A stretch of DNA of 45,145 bases from Candidatus Woesearchaeota archaeon CG11_big_fil_rev_8_21_14_0_20_43_8 (lineage in GTDB: Archaea; Nanobdellota; Nanobdellia; Woesearchaeales; CG08-08-20-14), in contig PCVE01000021.1 of the NCBI GenBank assembly GCA_002762705.1, positions 1-45,145 of the forward strand, written 5' to 3'. The notes below the pieces were generated by a model that was not told the origin of the DNA, ran no database searches, and saw nothing but the letters and a program-made list of their open reading frames with translations. The position numbers and the translations under genes were made by a program. This document shows, in pieces, positions 7,702 through 16,041 of this stretch (within the stretch, counting starts at the first letter, position 1; each line of letters starts with the position of its first letter).

Positions 7702-8802
7702 ATGGTTCAAAAGAAGCAAAAAAAGGACAACACTGAAGAGAAATCTTCAGAAGAAGATACTGTCATCGCTGACAAAGAGACTGGAAAAAAGTCTAAGGCA
7801 CCAATAGACAAAGGTGTTATAGATGAAAATTCAGGAGACATGGATTCTGATACTGAGAAGGGTGATGGCCTGAATACAGAGACAGATGATTCAGTCATGG
7901 ATAATGATGAGAAAAGCAGGCTCTCAAATGAGATGTCGATATTGAAGAAAGATGTCGCAGCTCTCCGTGGTGAACTCAACGCGCTGAATCAGGTCAAAGA
8001 AGCTGCTTTCTCAAAAAAAGAAGGTCATTCTGGAAAGATAAGCACTTTGATTTCTACTGTCAGAAATTTCAAGAGAGAAAGAGATATCTTCACAAAAAAA
8101 GTCCAGGAAAGCAAAAAAAGAAGAAAAGAATTAAATGATATCATCGGAAAGAAGATCGCTGAGATCAAGGATCTCTACGAAGAACGTGATAAGATCACAG
8201 CCAAATTCAAAGTGAAAGAGGATCCGGTGAAACTCAAACATGATATCGAAAGCATGGAATATAAAGTCGAGACTGAAGTAATGTCTTTTGATAAGGAACA
8301 GAAGTTGATGAAAGCCTTGAAGGACAAGAAGAAATCTCTTGAACAGATGAAAGGCGCAATCGATATCATAGAAAAGATCAATACAGCTTCAAAAGAGATA
8401 AATAAACTCAAAAAGGAAGCCAATGTATTGCACAAAGACATACAGAGAGATGCTTCAAAAAGCCAGGAACTCCACGAGAATATGCTCACAGAATCAAAAA
8501 AGATAGATGACCTCAAAAAAGATGAAGATGGCGTCTACAAAGAATTCTTTGAAGAGAAAAAGAAATATTCTGAGATCAATATCGTCCTTAAGAAAAAGCT
8601 GGTCAGAATAAATGAGATCAACAGCAAATTCGATGATGTGAGAGCACATGCGCGAAAAGAGAAGAAGAAACGCGCAGAGAAGAAGCTTGAAGACAAGAAA
8701 CTTGCTGTAGATGAGAAGATCAAGAAACGTATGAAACTTACGACTGATGATCTGCTGGTCTTCCAGAGAGAACAACTTGAGAACAAAAATTCTAAAGATT
8801 GA
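7702..8802 (+). CDS. long coiled-coil protein (archaeal COG1340-like), acidic N-terminus
   Basis: 366 aa, K/E-rich heptad-like sequence throughout, with no enzymatic motif. The family assignment is tentative. Confidence 0.5.
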   Translation: MVQKKQKKDNTEEKSSEEDTVIADKETGKKSKAPIDKGVIDENSGDMDSDTEKGDGLNTETDDSVMDNDEKSRLSNEMSILKKDVAALRGELNALNQVKEAAFSKKEGHSGKISTLISTVRNFKRERDIFTKKVQESKKRRKELNDIIGKKIAEIKDLYEERDKITAKFKVKEDPVKLKHDIESMEYKVETEVMSFDKEQKLMKALKDKKKSLEQMKGAIDIIEKINTASKEINKLKKEANVLHKDIQRDASKSQELHENMLTESKKIDDLKKDEDGVYKEFFEEKKKYSEINIVLKKKLVRINEINSKFDDVRAHARKEKKKRAEKKLEDKKLAVDEKIKKRMKLTTDDLLVFQREQLENKNSKD

Positions 8803-9020
8803 TTTTGACAACAAACTCCAAATACCGACGATAGAAGTTACTGAACAGAATTATCTCCAGCTAATATGAGGAATAAATTTCAAATACTATACAGATGTCA
8901 AGACAGGTGAGGGTATTTATTTTGATTATGATATCATGTTGAACCAATAATGCATTTTTGCATTAAAAGTATATATTTCATGATAAACCAAAGAATAAGA
9001 TGAAATATTTTTAGACAGTT

Positions 9021-9491
9021 CTACTTTTTCTTCCTGACTTTCACAAAATCACCAAGAGTCAGAGGACCGTCTTTTGGTTTCGCATCATCTTTAGCGATCG
9101 GTTTCTCTTCAATCTCCTCGACAAGTCTGATGTTCAGAAACCTCTCGAGCTTTCTTGCAAGTGTGATCGGCGGCTGGAACTTTCCCGTCTCCATATTCTG
9201 CACAATAGATTCTTTTTCAGATATCCTTTTTGCGAACTCTATCTGTTTCAATCCGAGTTTCTCTCTAGCAGACTTGATCTTATTCGCATAATCTTCGACG
9301 AGCAATTCTATTATCTCTGGTTCAGGAGCTTTCTCGACTATTTTTGCCTTCTTTGATTCTTTCTTCATGACTGGCCTTTTTGAGAACAGTACCTTTCCGA
9401 ATTTAGAACAGTTCTGACAAAGATCAAGCCTTGTCCCTTCGACTTCTGTACAGAATAAAAAGCCATCCTGGCCACACATATCGCATTGCAT
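9021..9491 (-). CDS. mbf1: multiprotein bridging factor 1 (aMBF1), Zn-ribbon + HTH
   Basis: N-terminal CDMC...CQNC ribbon and a C-terminal XRE-type HTH (REKLGLKQIEFAKRISEKESIVQNMETGK). Confidence 0.85.
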   Translation of the reverse strand: MQCDMCGQDGFLFCTEVEGTRLDLCQNCSKFGKVLFSKRPVMKKESKKAKIVEKAPEPEIIELLVEDYANKIKSAREKLGLKQIEFAKRISEKESIVQNMETGKFQPPITLARKLERFLNIRLVEEIEEKPIAKDDAKPKDGPLTLGDFVKVRKKK

Positions 9492-9566
9492 GGGATAATC
9501 AACCCCTTGAATTAGTTGAGAGATGAGAGATATTTTGTGTTTATAAAGCTTTTCACCGGAGATAGC

Positions 9567-10178
9567 TTAGAGCCCAAGGAGCATTTTCACTCTTTTCTTA
9601 CATGGATTCAATGGAAAGTTCATCTTATCCCCAACATCTTTAAAGAATCTTGAAATAAGGCCCCTATAATTTTCCAACAAATCATATGCTAACCATTCTG
9701 TGGATAAATTTGGTGTCCTTTGTCCAGAAGTGATTCTTTTTTCAAGATTCACCCTGTTTAGATACAAGAATTCTGCAAGAATAAACTCAGATGGGTGTAT
9801 TCCACCCAATTCTTTCTGAAACTTTTTGCTACTCTGTGTTTCCTTCTTAGGATCCCAAGTATAACGATGGAAGAAACTTCGATTATATTCTGTCCTTAAT
9901 CTTTGTATACTAATGATTGTATCACTAAATTCCCTGTAACCAAGCACATATCTAGCCATGCCATGTTTATCCAGTAGTACCAGATGTGGTTCTGCGATTT
10001 TCCATGGTTCAATCTTGTTTATCACATTCCCTTGATTCTCAAGTCGTTCTTCAATACTTGCTGGATATGGCAAGTATTTTGGATTATCCTGATAAACACA
10101 GTGCGGCGCTTTCATGACATCAAATGCGTCCAAATAAGCTTCCTTCCGATGATAAGGAATAGGGAATTTATATTGCAT
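9567..10178 (-). CDS. hypothetical protein (203 aa)
   Basis: Long intact ORF with an ATG start and no recognisable motif. Confidence 0.5.
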   Translation of the reverse strand: MQYKFPIPYHRKEAYLDAFDVMKAPHCVYQDNPKYLPYPASIEERLENQGNVINKIEPWKIAEPHLVLLDKHGMARYVLGYREFSDTIISIQRLRTEYNRSFFHRYTWDPKKETQSSKKFQKELGGIHPSEFILAEFLYLNRVNLEKRITSGQRTPNLSTEWLAYDLLENYRGLISRFFKDVGDKMNFPLNPCKKRVKMLLGL

Positions 10179-10507
10179 ACACGCCGGATATAATCAACCT
10201 ATATAAGTTTTAGCTTTTGATTACTCCCAAAGGATAGTATCATTGTGATAAATCAGAGATTATAATCTAAAAAAGTATAGGAATGCCATGACAACACATA
10301 AATACAACACTGCCCATACATCTCATCATGAAAGTCGAAAACTGTCCAAAACGGCTGCATAATTGCCCTGGGAGCTCCTGTCCAGAGCATCCATGCTGGG
10401 CTCTTGATGAGCACCACATGCAAAAAGACAAGAAAAAACGGAATGATGAACGCGGCTGGGAATGAATAGCATCACGACCATGCCTTTTCTCTTCTAGATT
10501 TCTCTAT

Positions 10508-11227
10508 TTATATAAGATATTGCATCTTGGATTCTTCACCATAGAATTTCATACTAATATTGATATCAGGATTGAACTTGGCATTCATCCTAGATATTGC
10601 GATCTTGATGCAATCTTTAAGGTCATGATTGATAAGATTATTCAAGTTTATGATGTGTTCCTTCAGACAAGTATCATATGATTCTTTAATATCATCAAAT
10701 CTAACAGATGGTTTTTTGTTCAATACACAGATACCATTTCCTGAAATAATCCTAAGATCTGTATTCGCATTTGGATATGTATCTGTCATGAAATCAATCG
10801 TCATAAGGCTAGTGGCATCTGGAATAGAGCATCTGGCTACAGAAATTTTTGTTGCGATATCTTCACCAAGAGCTTTCATACCTCGTGATTCATAATCTTG
10901 AATCACATTTTTAAACCGTTCCTTAACATATGCTTCCTGCTGCACAAGTGTTTCTACAAGATAGATACTGTGTGAAGTCTCAGTAGAAGGTAATCTTGGA
11001 ATTGATAGCTGTACATTTGCGACATCGCTATCAAAGCTCAGATCTTCTAAAATATTTGTCCATAGATTATTATCATTACTGAATACAAATGCAAGAGGGA
11101 TGCTTCCGGTCTTCGCCAGATGCTCAAGATCTTTTTCCCCTTGTTCTCTAGACATGTTGATACTATACACTTCAGGCCGGTAAGTAAGCCTTACGTCAGT
11201 CTTTTTAGTCAAATCTACAAATTCCAT
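10508..11227 (-). CDS. hypothetical protein (239 aa)
   Basis: Intact ORF. The likely start is MEFVDL at ATG 11227; the track extension encodes a hydrophobic leader of doubtful reality. No recognisable motif. Confidence 0.5.
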   Translation of the reverse strand: MEFVDLTKKTDVRLTYRPEVYSINMSREQGEKDLEHLAKTGSIPLAFVFSNDNNLWTNILEDLSFDSDVANVQLSIPRLPSTETSHSIYLVETLVQQEAYVKERFKNVIQDYESRGMKALGEDIATKISVARCSIPDATSLMTIDFMTDTYPNANTDLRIISGNGICVLNKKPSVRFDDIKESYDTCLKEHIINLNNLINHDLKDCIKIAISRMNAKFNPDINISMKFYGEESKMQYLI

Positions 11228-11303
11228 CGTGATATAGGGGATTATAAGGTGCTTCTTAAAGGTTACCAAAACACATAAAAGCAAACTAAGTTGAATAAAA
11301 AGT

Positions 11304-11624
11304 ATGAAACGTGGCAAATATTATATCATATGGGCGCCGATATGTCTTGCAGTTCTCTGGCTAGTTCTAAAATATGCTCCTTGGTTCTTGTTCTGGCTCA
11401 TGATTATATTCTTAACAAAAGATCTGTTTGTGGATCTGGACATCACGGGCGTACTGAAGAAATACAAATTAAGAGCAAAGAAAGGCTCATGGCCAAAGAA
11501 GCTTGAACACGCTCCGCTTGTTGTTGCAGTATCTATATTAGGAATAGTTGGATATGTCAGTGTGATGACTGCAATTCTGGCGTTTATCGACGCAATTATC
11601 GATATCTGGGATGATCAAAGATAA
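11304..11624 (+). CDS. small membrane protein (106 aa, about 3 TM segments)
   Basis: Hydrophobic segments IIWAPICLAVLWLVL, WFLFWLMIIFL and LVVAVSILGIVGYVSVMTAILAFI. Confidence 0.5.
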   Translation: MKRGKYYIIWAPICLAVLWLVLKYAPWFLFWLMIIFLTKDLFVDLDITGVLKKYKLRAKKGSWPKKLEHAPLVVAVSILGIVGYVSVMTAILAFIDAIIDIWDDQR

Positions 11625-11671
11625 TCCTAAATAATCACAAGAAGATCCATTGCGATACGACAGACATCCCA

Positions 11672-11821
11672 CTAGTCATCCATAAGGCCAGTGAAATGCT
11701 CCTGACTGCATTGCGGACAGACAAAACAAGAAGTGTCTGAATCACCGAAAACGACTAATTTCACTTCTTTTCCGCATTCAATGCAAGTCGCATCGACTTC
11801 TGCAAAATCATCCCCGGTCAT
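11672..11821 (-). CDS. small zinc-ribbon protein (49 aa)
   Basis: MTGDDFAEVDATCIECGKEVKLVVFGDSDTSCFVCPQCSQEHFTGLMDD has CxxC...CxxC. The start is taken at internal ATG 11821. Confidence 0.45.
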   Translation of the reverse strand: MTGDDFAEVDATCIECGKEVKLVVFGDSDTSCFVCPQCSQEHFTGLMDD

Positions 11822-11939
11822 AGGTACTGTAATATATGTATTACAGGGTATATAAACCTTCCGAAATGCTATAAGAATCATCTGCAAGGAAAATTTCAGG
11901 GAGTGAAATTATTATGACAAAAAAATATTTTTTCACATA

Positions 11940-12443
11940 ACAAAAATTTGTTCAGTAGATGTATAAGCGAATCTTATCCACGACCCTAAAGGGTGTGGTA
12001 TTAACCGGATTCGTATATAGTTTGAACAAATTCGACGGAAATTCTTTTTGCATTTCCGTGTGATCAGAAATTTTTCAAATGTCGGAAACGGGCATTACTA
12101 CATACTTCAGCATTGTAGCTCGGCCCGCTTCTGAGCACAAGAAAATGTTCCATTTCCTGTGCAAGAAATGCTAAATCATTTCTTTGCATCTTAGAAATCC
12201 AGCAATTATTATAGCAAGCGTCGACCAAACCACACCTTTTAGGGTGTAGTCAGGCGCTTGCTGCCGGATTTCTATGATTTCTGACATTTGACTTGAGAAC
12301 TCGCCCTAAAGTATTATTCCGAAGGAACAATGCACGGAAATACAAAGTATTTCCGGTGGGCGCGGTACAAGAAAATGCATGCATTTTCTGTACAGAAAAT
12401 ACTTTCAGTATTTCCTCATATTAAATCGGCAAGTTCTCAATAA
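11940..12443 (+). repeat. R1 mosaic repeat, copy A (504 bp, hairpin-array cargo)
   Basis: The 5' terminus ACAAAAATTTGTTCAGTAGATGTATAA and 3' terminus ATTAAATCGGCAAGTTCTCAATAA are shared with copies at 30836-30968 and 34742-34959. The interior holds at least 6 hairpins with related stems (ACGGAAAT/ATTTCCGT, CACAAGAAAATG/CATTTCCTGTG, CACGGAAATAC/GTATTTCCGGTG, and others). Confidence 0.6.
12076..12278 (-). repeat. R2 palindromic module, copy 2 (nested inside R1 copy A)
   Basis: Minus strand: ATCATAGAAATCC ... ACACCCT/GGTGTGG hairpin ... GCTATAATAATTGCTGGATTTCTAAGATGC ... GCTCAGAAGCGGGC/GCCCGTTTCC, then GACATTTG. It is collinear with copy 1. Confidence 0.55.
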
Positions 12444-12491
12444 CATCACAAAATTGGATAAAGAAATATCAAACAAAATATATGAAAAAAC

Positions 12492-14426
12492 TCAGGACAT
12501 CCTCTCTTTCAATCGTCTGACTCTGTCCCTTAACACTATCGCTCTCTCAAAATCAAGCTGGTCAGCGGCAGTCTGCATCTCAATCTCAAGCTCGATGAGG
12601 AGCTTAGGAATGTCCTTCTTAGGTATATGCTTTACATCTTTCACTTCGACTATCTTCTCTTTCACAGCTTTTATGATAGTCATCGGTGTGATATTGTTCT
12701 TCTTGTTATATTCCATCTGAAGCGTTCTTCTTCTCTCTGTCTCTGAAATGGCGCGTTTGATTGAGTCAGTCATCTTGTCTGCATAGAGCACGACATGGGA
12801 ATCGACATTCCGTGCGGCACGACCGATTATCTGGATCAGGCTTTTTGTGTCACGCAAGAAACCCTCTTTATCAGCATCTAGTATTCCGATAAATCCAACT
12901 TCAGGGATATCAAGACCTTCTCTTAGAAGATTGATTCCTACAAGCACATCGAAATCCCCGGCACGAAGCTGACGGATTATCTCGGAACGCTCAAGAGTAT
13001 CTATCTCAGAATGCAGGTATCTTGTCTTGACATCCTGCGATGCGAGAAAATCAGTGAGCTCTTCTGCAAGCTTTTTCGTGAGTGTCGTGATAAGCACACG
13101 ATTGCCTTTCTTTATTGTGTCTTCTATCTCTTCAAGCACATCTTTTATCTGACCATCAATCGGCCGTACTTCGACAGTCGGATCAATCAGACCAGTCGGT
13201 CGGATTATCTGCTCGACAATCTGCGATGAATTCTCTCTCTCGTACTTATCTGGCGTGGCTGAGACAAAGACGACAGTATCCATAAACTTCTCGAATTCTT
13301 CAAATCTCAAAGGCCGGTTATCGAATGCTGAAGGCAGACGAAAACCATAATCGATAAGCGACTTCTTCCTGGAATGATCGCCATTATACATACCATGCAG
13401 CTGCGGTATCGTCTGATGGGATTCATCTATGAATATGATGAAATCATCAGGGAAATAATCAAGCAAACAGAACGGTCGTTCACCAGATCTCCTTCCGTCG
13501 AAATGTCTTGAATAATTTTCTATGCCTTTGCAGCTTCCAGTCTCTTGTATCATCTCGATATCATAGAGAGTACGCTGCTTCAGACGATGCGCCTCGATCA
13601 TCCCAAGTTTTGGCAGGGTCTCATCAAGCTCGGATTGTATCGATTGGATTGCTCTGTCTATCTCGCTTTTCGGCACCACAAAATGTTTTGCCGGATAGAT
13701 GAAGAAATATCCCATATTTTCTTTGACATCGCCCGTGTTCTTGTCAATCTCACGTATCTTCTCGATTTGGTCTCCGAAGAGTTCAATCCGGATTATATCA
13801 TTGAAATATCCGGGGATTATATCAATTGTATCCCCTTTCACCCTGAACCGGCCAGGCATGAGTTCTGTATCATTTCTCTCAAACTGAATTGATAATAATC
13901 TGATAAGAAGATCCTTTCGCCCGATTGTGTCTCCTACCTTCACTTCAAAACCAAGATTCTTGAAATTAGCAGGATTGCCGACAGAATAGATACAAGATAC
14001 TGACGCGATGACAATCACATCACGCCTTGACAGCAATGAAGCAGTCGTGGCAAGCCTCATCTGCTCGATCTTTGGATTTATCTGAGAATCTTTCTCGATG
14101 TAAAGATCCTTCTTTGCGATGTATGATTCCGGCTGATAATAATCATAATATGATACAAAGAATTCCACATGATTCTCTGGAAAGAATTCCTTGAATTCAT
14201 TATAAAGTTGCGCAGCGAGTGTCTTATTATGGGCAAGCACAATGGCTGGCCTTTTAGCCTGCGCGATGACATTTGCCATCGTGAATGTCTTTCCTGAACC
14301 AGTCACCCCAAGCAAGGTCTGGAATCTATCTTTACGCTTCAGTCCTTGAACTATTTTCTTGATAGCTTCTGGTTGCGATCCTTTTGGTTCAAAATCGGAT
14401 TTCAGTCTGAACTCCATGATTATCAT
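12492..14426 (-). CDS. uvrB: excinuclease ABC subunit B
   Basis: FxLxSDFEPKGSQPEAI, Walker A GVTGSGKT, helicase motifs, and a C-terminal UVR domain (AADQLDFERAIVLRDRV). An alternative ATG is at 14417. Confidence 0.95.
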   Translation of the reverse strand: MIIMEFRLKSDFEPKGSQPEAIKKIVQGLKRKDRFQTLLGVTGSGKTFTMANVIAQAKRPAIVLAHNKTLAAQLYNEFKEFFPENHVEFFVSYYDYYQPESYIAKKDLYIEKDSQINPKIEQMRLATTASLLSRRDVIVIASVSCIYSVGNPANFKNLGFEVKVGDTIGRKDLLIRLLSIQFERNDTELMPGRFRVKGDTIDIIPGYFNDIIRIELFGDQIEKIREIDKNTGDVKENMGYFFIYPAKHFVVPKSEIDRAIQSIQSELDETLPKLGMIEAHRLKQRTLYDIEMIQETGSCKGIENYSRHFDGRRSGERPFCLLDYFPDDFIIFIDESHQTIPQLHGMYNGDHSRKKSLIDYGFRLPSAFDNRPLRFEEFEKFMDTVVFVSATPDKYERENSSQIVEQIIRPTGLIDPTVEVRPIDGQIKDVLEEIEDTIKKGNRVLITTLTKKLAEELTDFLASQDVKTRYLHSEIDTLERSEIIRQLRAGDFDVLVGINLLREGLDIPEVGFIGILDADKEGFLRDTKSLIQIIGRAARNVDSHVVLYADKMTDSIKRAISETERRRTLQMEYNKKNNITPMTIIKAVKEKIVEVKDVKHIPKKDIPKLLIELEIEMQTAADQLDFERAIVLRDRVRRLKERMS

Positions 14427-14487
14427 GAAGATTAATATATGATATAAAAATGAGATGTTTTTGCGGGATTGGATCAGGATGTATACT

Positions 14488-16041
14488 TTAATCCTGAATT
14501 ATTATATCTCTCCTAAGTATCCGATTATATGATATCGCGAACCGGTGCGCTTCATCGCGGATCTGCTGTAAGAGATGCAGGCCATGATCTTTTCTGTCAA
14601 GCAGTAAAGGTCTGGACAATCCAGGTACAAAAACTTCCTCTAATCTCTTCGCAAGCGATATAGTGGGGATACGGACTTCAAGTTCCTTAAGCACAGAAAG
14701 CGCGGCATGGAGCTGTCCCTTACCGCCATCTATCACAATGAGGTTTGGCATCTCCTGTTCTTCTGCGATCAGACGAGTATATCTTCGTCGCACCACCTCA
14801 GCGATAGCCGCAGTGTCATTTACCCCATCTACAGTCTTTATCTTGTAACGACGATAGTTATTTTTATCAGGTTTACCATATGAGAATCTCACCATGCTTC
14901 CCACCATCGAACTTCCGGAAAGATGTGATATATCAAAGCATTCTATGATGTTAGGTGAATCATTCAGCCTTAGAGACTTCTGGAGAGCTTCGAGCCTTGA
15001 TAGATCCACAAAGAAAGTCATCTCGATGTTTTTGAGCACAAGATCGAGCAGCTTCTTCTTCTCACCGATCTTCGGCACGTTCATCAAGACATTGCTCCCT
15101 TTCTCTCGAGTAAGGAACCCGACGATAGCATCATCTAACTTCGATGGCACGATGATCTCTTTTGGTATCTGATATTCAGAATAATATCTCACGATGAACT
15201 CTGACAGGAACCCGTCTGAATATTCAAATGTAAACTCCTGCTTTCCAGCAAGAGTGCCCTTGAACACATGGAAAAGAAGCAGATGCACGATATTGTCCTT
15301 GACAATATAATTGATGATATCTTCATCATATCTTTTCAATCTCTCCATCTTCTGTCGTTCGCCAAGTTTCTTCAGCGCGGATATCTGGTCACGGAGCTCA
15401 AGCGCTTTCTCGAATTCCTGATCCATAGAGCTTTTCTTCATATCTTCCTCGAGCATGAGAACGATCTCATCAGTACCACCTTTTAGGACGGTCTTGACAG
15501 TCTCTATACGAGAATCATACCTCCGTCTATCGATGCTCCCGTCACATGGCGCTGTGCAAAGACCGATATGGTATCTAAGACATGGCCGTTTTGGCATAGT
15601 CTTGCATGTTCTTAGCTTGAATGCCTTAACAAGAACATAACGCACATGATCTCTCTCAAGACCAGAGACGAACGGACCGAAATAAGAGCCTTTCAAGCGT
15701 CGATCACGTGCTAGCAACAACCGTGGGAATGGTTCATCCGGAACCAACAGATATGCGTATGACTTTGAGTCTTTCAGGTCGATGTTATATTTCGGCTGGT
15801 GTTTCTTCACAAGATTCCGTTCAAGAATCAAGGCTTCGACTTCATTGTCAGTCACGATGAAATCAACTGAATGGATGTTCTGGACAAGTGTCTGTGTCTT
15901 CTGATCATGATCTTTTTTTGAGAAATAACTTTTCACTCTTTTCCGTAGGTTCTTTGCCTTACCGATATAAATTATCACATCAGCGAAATCTTTGAATTGA
16001 TAGCATCCTGAATCTGTTGGGATCTTTGATGTGTCAATCAT
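14488..16041 (-). CDS. uvrC: excinuclease ABC subunit C (short form, no C-terminal HhH2)
   Basis: GIY-YIG (GCYQFKD...VIYIGKAKNLRKRV), UVR domain (FEKALELRDQISAL) and endonuclease domain (IRDEAHRFAISY). At 517 aa it ends shortly after that motif. The start overlaps the uvrA stop (ATGA). Confidence 0.9.
   Translation of the reverse strand: MIDTSKIPTDSGCYQFKDFADVIIYIGKAKNLRKRVKSYFSKKDHDQKTQTLVQNIHSVDFIVTDNEVEALILERNLVKKHQPKYNIDLKDSKSYAYLLVPDEPFPRLLLARDRRLKGSYFGPFVSGLERDHVRYVLVKAFKLRTCKTMPKRPCLRYHIGLCTAPCDGSIDRRRYDSRIETVKTVLKGGTDEIVLMLEEDMKKSSMDQEFEKALELRDQISALKKLGERQKMERLKRYDEDIINYIVKDNIVHLLLFHVFKGTLAGKQEFTFEYSDGFLSEFIVRYYSEYQIPKEIIVPSKLDDAIVGFLTREKGSNVLMNVPKIGEKKKLLDLVLKNIEMTFFVDLSRLEALQKSLRLNDSPNIIECFDISHLSGSSMVGSMVRFSYGKPDKNNYRRYKIKTVDGVNDTAAIAEVVRRRYTRLIAEEQEMPNLIVIDGGKGQLHAALSVLKELEVRIPTISLAKRLEEVFVPGLSRPLLLDRKDHGLHLLQQIRDEAHRFAISYNRILRRDIIIQD

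Noticed and set aside
10328-10465. 45-aa Cys/His-rich ORF (MKVENCPKRLHNCPGSSCPEHPCWALDEHHMQ...)
   Set aside because: There is no RBS-like sequence, conservation evidence or recognisable fold. It is mentioned under the orphan-block finding but not called as a gene.
12030-12420. Possible CRISPR array, given the many similar palindromic units
   Set aside because: There is no constant-length direct repeat and no regular repeat-spacer period. The units occur in both orientations as hairpins with variable loops. No cas genes or leader are present.
12379-12720. Track ORF 12379-12720 (plus, 113 aa)
   Set aside because: It starts inside the R1 repeat tail and runs antisense through the uvrB 3' end. 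The low-complexity Ser/Phe/Ile translation is typical of antisense reading of a real gene.
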